DNA of 64,000 nucleotides from an uncultured Gammaproteobacteria bacterium (GTDB lineage Bacteria; Patescibacteriota; Patescibacteriia; Magasanikbacterales; UBA922): NCBI GenBank assembly GCA_964394405.1, contig CAYMVY010000001.1, positions 428,585 to 492,584 of the forward strand, read 5' to 3'. Shown piece by piece: positions 57,174 to 64,000 of this stretch (position 1 is its first letter; each line of letters starts with the position of its first letter). The notes under the pieces were generated by a model. It saw only the letters and a program-made list of their open reading frames with translations, ran no database searches and was not told where the DNA came from. The position numbers and the translations under genes were made by a program.

Positions 57174-57515
57174 ATGCAAAAAAAATCAGAAGTACAGTTT
57201 GATTTTTTGAAACAATTTATTGAACACGCCCTTGATGAAGCAGGGTTCCAAAATTTGACCGAGGAGACGAGGGGTCAGTATGTTCCTCAGTTTGTAGCCG
57301 AAGCAGAGCGGAGAATTGGATTGGCGCTCATTCCACGCCTGACCGAGGACTCGGCAAAAGAATTGGAGCAGTTGCTCGAAAAAGATGATCTGACTCCCGA
57401 AGAGATGAGAAATTTTTGGACAGATACTATTCCAGATTTTGAAAATGTAGTCGGAGATACGCTGAGAAGTTTTTCACAAGAACTCAAAGATACGCTCAAT
57501 GAATTATCACACTAA
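57174..57515 (+). CDS. hypothetical small acidic protein
   Basis: 113 aa. No TM. Confidence 0.45.
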   Translation: MQKKSEVQFDFLKQFIEHALDEAGFQNLTEETRGQYVPQFVAEAERRIGLALIPRLTEDSAKELEQLLEKDDLTPEEMRNFWTDTIPDFENVVGDTLRSFSQELKDTLNELSH

Positions 57516-57533
57516 ACGTACGGTAGTGTTTCT

Positions 57534-57743
57534 ATGCCTGTGCCCACTCCTGCGGAATTGCAAAAAATAATCGATCAAGAGCGAGAACATATTGACCGGC
57601 TGGAGAAAGCTCGGAGTCATTTTTTGACACAGTGGGCCACACTCGAAAGAGAACAATCAGAAGTCGTCGCATCATTGCGTCAATATATGGATAAAATAAA
57701 AATGCGCGATGTATTAGAAAATATTCATTCTATCAAAGAATAA
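57534..57743 (+). CDS. hypothetical small coiled-coil protein
   Basis: 69 aa. Ends 5 nt before the giant ORF. Confidence 0.4.
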   Translation: MPVPTPAELQKIIDQEREHIDRLEKARSHFLTQWATLEREQSEVVASLRQYMDKIKMRDVLENIHSIKE

Positions 57744-57747
57744 TACT

Positions 57748-60700
57748 ATGGCCGGAACACCAGAATACAAGGGAGTTGAAATTTCCAAATATGCACCAGG
57801 GGCTGAAGTGGTGGTAAATGCTAAAGGTGAATGGAAACTGGCAAAAGTTACTGCGCAGGGTACTCTTCGGGATAAGAAATTGTCCCTCGATGTTGAATAT
57901 CCTCCTTCGGGTACCGGAAGTTCTTCTACCGAGACACTAGTCATCGACGGGCGTGCACCGAGAATTATCTCCCCTGCGGATGTTGCTGATTTTGAAGATC
58001 CAGACAAAGGTACGGTGCATGTTGAGAAAAAGAATGTTGCCAAGGATGGTACACTGGAATTCACCATCAAATACGACGGAAAGTCATATCCAGGGGTAAC
58101 TGAGGAGGTGTTCAAGCTCTGGAAAGAGAGTGCGAGTGTTGGGGAACGTTTCAAACAGCTAAAGACTGAATTGGAGCATAGTTCTGCGAGGAGACATCTC
58201 CAATTTGTTGAGCAGAATAAAGCTGCGGAAAAAATGGTTGCAGAAATTTTTACACTCATCAGAGATACCAAGCGTTTCAATACGTTTGATAAAACACAGA
58301 TCAAAGAAAGACAGAAGAAATTGACCGAACTATTGAAAGATGCAAAAAAAGCGCTCGATACATTGGCGCACGATGTGGCACAGGTTGATCCAAATCAGGA
58401 TGTCGAAGATGACAAACAAAAACGTGAAGCAGAGAGTGTTAGAAAAATATTAGAAGAGGGAATTGCGAATGGAGAAGTGAAGTACAAAGAAAAAAATCGA
58501 AATGCAGCAATACAGAAAGAACAAGAAGCGCATGCAAAAGATAAGAAAAAATACGATGATTGGGTCAAGGCAGGGGCAGTCCCTCCTGCACGGGGTAATC
58601 CACCAGCTGATCCAGGCGCTTTTGTATTCAGTGAAAATAATATAGAGCCAGTCAAACCCGAGCAGACTGCACAGATAAAGAAAGAGGTGTACCTCAGTTT
58701 TTTCGAAAATCCAAACAAGACAGAGTTTCAAAAAAAGGTATTGCGAGAGGTTGAGAAACTGCGGAAACAACAGGCAAAAAAAGATACGATTACTGATACT
58801 AGTGAGTTTGAAAAAACAGGCACCGTGGTCAGTGATTACAAAAAACCGGCAGACAAGAATGTATACCTGACTTCAAAGTATCTTGAAGTAAGTATGAAAT
58901 TGCTTGATCAAGTGTTGAGTAAAATCGAAAAAAACGAGTCAGGGACCATTGCTGAAAAACTTGAAAAATTACATACTCGGGCAGGTCTACTACTCAACGA
59001 AATTCCAAAACAAGCAGACAAAAAACCTCATCCGACATATGCAACTCTGCATGGCAATATTGAAGCACTGCACAAGCTGATTGCGGAGGATGCAAAGAAT
59101 TTCAAAAGTGTAGACACTGCGATGAACGCAGGATTGATACATAGTCCACCTGATCCGAGCCAGCATGGTCCAGATGATTTTGAAAAACTTGGCGCATTCA
59201 CCATAAATCAGCGGGAACAACATGTTGACGAATTAGAAAGAGAGCTTCGTGCACTCATGTCTTCAGAAGAAGTAAGAGAAGATATCAAGGCAAAAAAAGC
59301 AAAAATTGATACAGAAGACGAGGCATATGTGCCAATTATTGATGTTCCTGAACGTATAATGAAAGAGCTGATCAAAGGAAGACCAGAGGTTGGTGTTGCG
59401 GTAGAGTCATTGTTCATGAGTGACCTCAGTACTCCTTCGGGAAAAGATACAGCACTAAAGAAATTCAGAGATATTTTTAGTGACACCGAGCCAGCACCAG
59501 ATGTTCTCGAGAAGTTGCGTACATATGGAATCAAAAATTGGGAACAATTCAAGAAATTGTGGGATACAAAATTTGCAGAAAAAGCACTCGACACCATGCA
59601 TGAGATGGCAAAGGCAATGCTCAAAAAAGAAGTATCTCAAAATATTGGTTTTCTTGAAAAGATTGTTAAATTCAAAGGCCAGATTGCAACCCGCGGAATA
59701 CTGAATGGAGTTTTGGTGGGTGGTTCTGCGTATGCATTGACACTTGTATTAAGTGGCGGAGTAAGTGGAATCATACTCGCAGCTCTCGGAGGTATGACTG
59801 GTGGGGCAATAAAAGGAAAATTATTCGAATGGTTTGGAAAAAAATTTGGAGATAGAAATAAGGAATTGCAAAAAGAGCTCGAGGAATCTACCAAGAAGAA
59901 AAAAAATGTTGTCGGAAGATTGGTAAAAAATGTCATGGTAGGAATCGATGGTGGGACTCTCGACAAGCCAGATATGATCAAGATGGGAGAAATGCCGTCA
60001 TTTGCAGCAATTCTGGCACAGAGCTTGAGGGACACGACGACTGAGGCAAACAAAATGGCAAAGACCGAACCCGAAGACGTGAAAAAATTGGAAGGCAATG
60101 CACGTGTACTCTATGAAGAAATATTATCGCATGTAGATACCGAAGAGCCGGATGAATTAATAAAAAACCAGCTCGCACAGGCAATTCTCAAGATGAATGG
60201 AAAAGGAGACATGAAAGCGCATTTGCTGACAGAAAAATTGGATTCAAAAATCAAGGGAGCAATTGATAAAGCATTTGGAGCGTTTGGCGGACATGAAGGT
60301 TGGAAGAAAGGGGCTCTAGCTGGTGGTATGGTGGGCGCAGCATTTTTTGCCTATCAAGATGTTGCACGTGCAGGATTTGGTGGCGCTCTTGGAGCATGGG
60401 CAGGATTCAAGGAAGGATCAAAATGGGATACCAAGGCAGAGCAGAAAAAAGCGAGAGAACAAGCGTTTGAAGATATTCATGCATTGCGTGAATTTGCCAA
60501 AACAGGCGTAGCAGGAACTGACGCAGAAAGGGCTGTGCTTCGCGAACGCCTCATGCGTCTCAAGCGTCTACTACACGTGAGCCCTGGCGCATCTCAATCA
60601 GAGCTTGCGGTATATGGAATTGTAGGAAGAGAAGTAATACCTGAGAAAAAAGAAAGTCATGGACATGGCGGGCATGGTCATGGACACGGTGGACACAAGA

Positions 60701-62856
60701 AATCGAGTAGTAAAGAGCATGCACATAAAGATGTGGGCGGGTGGGTAGATTATGCGGGAAATGTAGTTATCGACAAGAATGGGAACATGGTGGACCCTGA
60801 ACTCAAATTTTTATTTCAAGACATGCGCGCAGCAGTGAATGATGCTGAACATGAGGGGTTATTGCAAGACAAGGAAGAGGATCGTCAAAAACTGGACATC
60901 GTATTGAGTCAATTGGGTAAACGAGGAAAGGATATCGAGGACAAAGTAAAGAAACGAGGAATTCTTGCCATGTTTGGGAAAGGTTGGGAGTGGGTGAAAA
61001 AACATAAATATGGAATTGGTGGAATTATTTTGGGTGGAGCATTAGGAGCTACCGTAGCATATGGAGGTAGGGAATTACTCAAGGGAGAATTGCCAAAAGG
61101 ATTATCAAGCGAACCATTGCCACCACACGACTCACTGCCACGCAGACCATCTATGGGAGATCTACGAGGTGGTGCAGCTCCTACTGCAATCGCAGCAGGT
61201 AGTGCGGGAGCGAGAGCGCTTGAGAGTACTATGTCTCCTGATACTACTCTGTCGCGTACATCCGGAAGTTCGGGGGCAATACCACCAGAAGTTGCAAAAC
61301 CTGGTACTGAAATTCATGAACAGAGGAGCATGTATTCAGAAACTTCAACAATCAAAAAAGGTGAAGGTGTCTTGCATGCAGTTGATCGACTGATCAAGGA
61401 TATTGATACAGGCAGTCTACCTGAATTGGAAAATCTCAAAGGTACTGCATTACATAATTGGAAAATCGCAGAACTCAAGCGAATGGGATTTGTATTCGAA
61501 GAAGGAAAATGGGGCTACCCCTTTACTGTACACAAAGGGGCACAAGTAGAATTGTATACCGAGATAGTAGACGGGAAAACTGTGCCTCATCTGCGGGTGA
61601 TTGGTGATGAGGGAAAAGAAATCACCATGCACAAGTATCATAGATTCAAAGGAGAGGTGGAGAGTGGTGCGACGGGTGTCTCGCCCGAACGCCAGGCTCA
61701 AATCGAAGCTGCAAAAAATAATGTCACTCAATTTTCAAAAGAACTCCATGCATCGACTGAGGTAGGTTCACAGACTGCTCCGTCTGTCCTGCCTGATCAG
61801 GAAATCAAAGACCGTCTGAGAGTGGGTGGAAAATTACCTGGAATTCTTGATGCCGAGCCTGCATTTGATGGACGCGCAGTCAGATTGACTCTCGAAGGTG
61901 GCGAGCATGCCTATGTCTATCCGCATCATGATGCAGAATTGCGTCTGGGTACTGACTCCAATCAGGATCGATTTTTCTGGAGACTCAAATCCATGGAACA
62001 TTCTCCTGCATTTATACTACCCGGTGAGACGACGGTCACGACTGGAGGAGCAGGGAAAATGGTGGATTCTGATACGCTGGTAGACAGAAGCGCCATTGCC
62101 GAGAATAAGTCAGTCATGAGCAAAGAGGAATATACAAAATATCGTGGGGCACCTCAACCAAAAGTACCAGAAGAGGTAAAACCAACAGTTCAAGAGGAGA
62201 AGATAGATACATCAGAAAAAAATGGTACGGATATTAAGGAGCCCGAGGTGGGACATGTAGTTGATAGTAATACTATACGTGAAATGTTTGTGGACGAAGT
62301 AGGTCCTGTGAAACAGGCAATTATAGAAAAAATGAAGGATATTGGCAATTCTGGGAATTTGGCAGTAAGCAACAGAGATTATTTCGATAAATTTTTTAAT
62401 CGTGTAATAAACAATGCAGGTGTGATGAATCCAGATTTATTTACAGGACTCTCGGACAAGAAGATTCATGATGTTGTGGTTCAAGTAGTCCAAAATACAC
62501 TCACACCTGAAATGCGATTACTTTTGGAGCCATTTGATAATACACTTGCACATAATTTTGTGGATCCAGTTAGTAATATTGAAGGTCGAGCCATGATTAT
62601 TAGTGGGACTGATGCAGAAGGAAAGATGATATCTTCCGTACGCCTCAGAGTAAGTGAGGGTGGGCAGACAAAGGATTTTATTTTTACGACTGACCCTGGA
62701 TATACACTAGACGCGACTGATGCGGGAATTGTGCTCAAAGACAGTAGTGGGAATCCAGCACAATTCCAATTGGCGTATCAAGGTAGGCCAGCCACATATA
62801 ACACTCTTTCAGGAGCAGAATTGATTGCGGTATCATCCAACAAAGCATCACAATAG
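57748..62856 (+). CDS. giant hypothetical protein (1702 aa) with central glycine-zipper transmembrane helices and a His-Gly repeat
   Basis: No signal peptide. Long K/E-rich helical N-terminal half. Three Gly-zipper hydrophobic segments (GVLVGGSAYALTLVLSGGVSGIILAALGGMTGG; GALAGGMVGAAFFAYQDVARAGFGGALGAWAGF; GIGGIILGGALGATVAYGG). HGHGGHGHGHGGH. About 600-aa C-terminal region of unknown function. Confidence 0.7.
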   Translation: MAGTPEYKGVEISKYAPGAEVVVNAKGEWKLAKVTAQGTLRDKKLSLDVEYPPSGTGSSSTETLVIDGRAPRIISPADVADFEDPDKGTVHVEKKNVAKDGTLEFTIKYDGKSYPGVTEEVFKLWKESASVGERFKQLKTELEHSSARRHLQFVEQNKAAEKMVAEIFTLIRDTKRFNTFDKTQIKERQKKLTELLKDAKKALDTLAHDVAQVDPNQDVEDDKQKREAESVRKILEEGIANGEVKYKEKNRNAAIQKEQEAHAKDKKKYDDWVKAGAVPPARGNPPADPGAFVFSENNIEPVKPEQTAQIKKEVYLSFFENPNKTEFQKKVLREVEKLRKQQAKKDTITDTSEFEKTGTVVSDYKKPADKNVYLTSKYLEVSMKLLDQVLSKIEKNESGTIAEKLEKLHTRAGLLLNEIPKQADKKPHPTYATLHGNIEALHKLIAEDAKNFKSVDTAMNAGLIHSPPDPSQHGPDDFEKLGAFTINQREQHVDELERELRALMSSEEVREDIKAKKAKIDTEDEAYVPIIDVPERIMKELIKGRPEVGVAVESLFMSDLSTPSGKDTALKKFRDIFSDTEPAPDVLEKLRTYGIKNWEQFKKLWDTKFAEKALDTMHEMAKAMLKKEVSQNIGFLEKIVKFKGQIATRGILNGVLVGGSAYALTLVLSGGVSGIILAALGGMTGGAIKGKLFEWFGKKFGDRNKELQKELEESTKKKKNVVGRLVKNVMVGIDGGTLDKPDMIKMGEMPSFAAILAQSLRDTTTEANKMAKTEPEDVKKLEGNARVLYEEILSHVDTEEPDELIKNQLAQAILKMNGKGDMKAHLLTEKLDSKIKGAIDKAFGAFGGHEGWKKGALAGGMVGAAFFAYQDVARAGFGGALGAWAGFKEGSKWDTKAEQKKAREQAFEDIHALREFAKTGVAGTDAERAVLRERLMRLKRLLHVSPGASQSELAVYGIVGREVIPEKKESHGHGGHGHGHGGHKKSSSKEHAHKDVGGWVDYAGNVVIDKNGNMVDPELKFLFQDMRAAVNDAEHEGLLQDKEEDRQKLDIVLSQLGKRGKDIEDKVKKRGILAMFGKGWEWVKKHKYGIGGIILGGALGATVAYGGRELLKGELPKGLSSEPLPPHDSLPRRPSMGDLRGGAAPTAIAAGSAGARALESTMSPDTTLSRTSGSSGAIPPEVAKPGTEIHEQRSMYSETSTIKKGEGVLHAVDRLIKDIDTGSLPELENLKGTALHNWKIAELKRMGFVFEEGKWGYPFTVHKGAQVELYTEIVDGKTVPHLRVIGDEGKEITMHKYHRFKGEVESGATGVSPERQAQIEAAKNNVTQFSKELHASTEVGSQTAPSVLPDQEIKDRLRVGGKLPGILDAEPAFDGRAVRLTLEGGEHAYVYPHHDAELRLGTDSNQDRFFWRLKSMEHSPAFILPGETTVTTGGAGKMVDSDTLVDRSAIAENKSVMSKEEYTKYRGAPQPKVPEEVKPTVQEEKIDTSEKNGTDIKEPEVGHVVDSNTIREMFVDEVGPVKQAIIEKMKDIGNSGNLAVSNRDYFDKFFNRVINNAGVMNPDLFTGLSDKKIHDVVVQVVQNTLTPEMRLLLEPFDNTLAHNFVDPVSNIEGRAMIISGTDAEGKMISSVRLRVSEGGQTKDFIFTTDPGYTLDATDAGIVLKDSSGNPAQFQLAYQGRPATYNTLSGAELIAVSSNKASQ

Positions 62857-62892
62857 CCAGGTTTTGTAGGTTTGACAGGAGTGAGTAAGTAA

Positions 62893-62917
62893 AACACCCC
62901 CCTCAGGGGGTGTTTTT
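62893..62917 (+). terminator. rho-independent terminator
   Basis: aaaacacccccct-cagg-gggtgttttt. Confidence 0.6.
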
Positions 62918-62956
62918 ATATATCAGTAAAGTATGGTTTGTGTAACCAGGGTTATC

Positions 62957-62985
62957 TTGACAAAAAGCTTCCTATATGCTATACT
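62957..62985 (+). promoter_or_regulatory. consensus sigma70 promoter TTGACA-N17-(TGc)TATACT
   Basis: ttgaca 62957-62962, tatact 62980-62985. Confidence 0.5.
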
Positions 62986-63105
62986 GTGCTGTTTTATGAA
63001 GTGGGAAATCGTGCTTCATAGTCTTGACCTCGATAGCAGTATATGCGTATAGTGAAAGTAGGTGGCAGGATGCCTAAGTAGGTGGGGGATAGAAAGGGGA
63101 GGGTA

Positions 63106-63135
63106 TCTTGACAAAAGCAGGGATATATGGTATTA
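63106..63135 (+). promoter_or_regulatory. second promoter TTGACA-N18-TATTAT sharing the upstream box ggtatcttgacaaaa with the first
   Basis: ttgaca 63106-63111, tattat 63130-63135. Confidence 0.45.
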
Positions 63136-63467
63136 TATAGGGTCATAAAATGAACCAGGAATATAGGTTTCGCAGGTAGGGAATAACAGACGATTTCCTC
63201 CATGCGTAGCCTATACGGGGCTCCGAGGTACATAGTGTGCCTTGTACACATTCTTTACAATATAAGTTCATCATAAAAAGTACCTCTGCCATCCATATGG
63301 AATGCAGGAGAATGAGGTGGTATATCGAGTATATACCATGTCACCCTTCTGCATTCTGGGTCACGACAAGTCGTCGTAACCATAGGATCAGGGACCGTGT
63401 CCGAGTTTGGTTGAGAAACCTTGCTTGGATACCACTGCTGATTAGAGGAGTTAGAAAAATGAACAAG

Positions 63468-64000
63468 CTCGATCCGGCCCTCCAGACCATGCTCGACGAG
63501 ATCTCCAAGTGGAAGGAGGAAGCCCTGGCGGCGACCGCTGACCCCAACGAGGTCGAGAAGATCAAGGAGGAGGCCAAGAACAGGACCACGAACGCGTTCC
63601 TGACCTACTCGGTCTCGGACGCGCTCTCGAAGTTGCGTCCCGAGCTCGACGAGGCCAAGGCGGATGCCGCCGAGGCCAAGACCAAGGCGTCGGACGCTGA
63701 GGTCGCGACGGGTGAGCTCAAGGAGAAGGTCGACGAGGTCCAGACGGACTTCAAGTCCCTCCGGGCCGGAATCTCGAAGGACTTCGAGAGCATCGACAAG
63801 GAGATCAAGGAGACGGCCAAGAAGAGCGCCACCCCCGGGTGGCTCAAGGCCCTCGCGGTCCTCGCGCTCCTCGTCGGCATCGGTGCGTTCATCGACGCGC
63901 GGCTCAACCCGAGCGGCATGACCGACGAGGAGGTCGCTGCGGCGATCGACAAGAAGGTCCAGGAGGTCTTGGTCGACTACGCCAAGAAGGATTCGGTGCT
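63468..64000 (+). CDS. hypothetical coiled-coil protein with one TM helix, high-GC cassette ORF E (3' partial, runs off window)
   Basis: Manual translation from ATG 63468 (RBS GAGGAG): MNKLDPALQTMLDEISKWKEEALAATADPNEVEKIKEE...SATPGWLKALAVLALLVGIGAFIDARLNPSG... Third codon positions are almost entirely G/C. Not in the ORF track because it has no stop in the window. Confidence 0.6.

Noticed and set aside
4554-60098. Numerous 60-190 aa ORF-track ORFs nested inside or antisense to large genes (e.g. 4554..5123, 19258..19752, 23822..24337, 25405..25878, 31849..32361, 54769..55371, 56049..56561, 57714..58304, 59208..59624, 59637..60098)
   Set aside because: Each overlaps a longer ORF with clear homology or consistent architecture on the other strand or frame. 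Their compositions are low-complexity (S/I/F-rich), typical of shadow ORFs.
1-64000. Alternative genetic code (UGA recoding as in some CPR lineages)
   Set aside because: ORFs end at TGA as well as TAA/TAG with sensible protein lengths, for example GC-rich ORF C ends GTC TGA. Conserved proteins (RecG, PheT, Der) are full length, so the standard code fits.

Overview
This window reads as a low-GC (roughly 40% by eye, not computed) chromosome segment of a Candidate Phyla Radiation / Patescibacteria-type bacterium. TGA behaves as a stop codon. Housekeeping genes include a topA 5' fragment, folC-like, dprA, pth, der, recG, radA, a clpC/clpB-family ATPase, PMM/PGM, a HAD hydrolase, htpX, lemA, rseP, pheS, pheT, pyk, ppsA, an ABC-F ATPase, infC-rpmI-rplT and smpB next to a tmRNA (ssrA). 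Four tRNAs are present: Arg-GCG, Arg-CCG, Lys-TTT and Asp-GTC. Envelope and peptidoglycan-hydrolase genes are unusually dense (LCP, Amidase_2, M23, MltB-like, GH73-like, DsbA-like, TolB-like, Wzz-like). Three giant ORFs of 1016, 1114 and 1702 aa stand out.

Four anomalies go beyond this gene content:
- Three short blocks of strongly GC-rich, GC3-saturated ORFs lie at 11.3-12.2 kb, at 40.4-42.4 kb abutting tRNA-Lys, and from 63.3 kb to the window end. Each has a near-consensus sigma70 promoter (TTGACA-N17-TATACT type, often with an extended -10 TGn) upstream of at least one of its ORFs.
- Both tRNA-Arg(GCG) and tRNA-Lys are preceded by a 20-22 nt copy of their own 5' end, interrupted at the D-loop by a perfect GC-rich hairpin insert. 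For tRNA-Arg, a YhbQ-like GIY-YIG gene sits between the copy and the intact tRNA.
- A family of 60-120 nt AT-rich imperfect-palindrome intergenic repeats occurs in at least five copies, one of them splitting pheS from pheT.
- PpsA carries an in-frame ~250 aa C-terminal extension that looks like a lipoprotein.

No CRISPR array, integrase or transposase was seen. All homology calls are from reading the translations; no searches were run.
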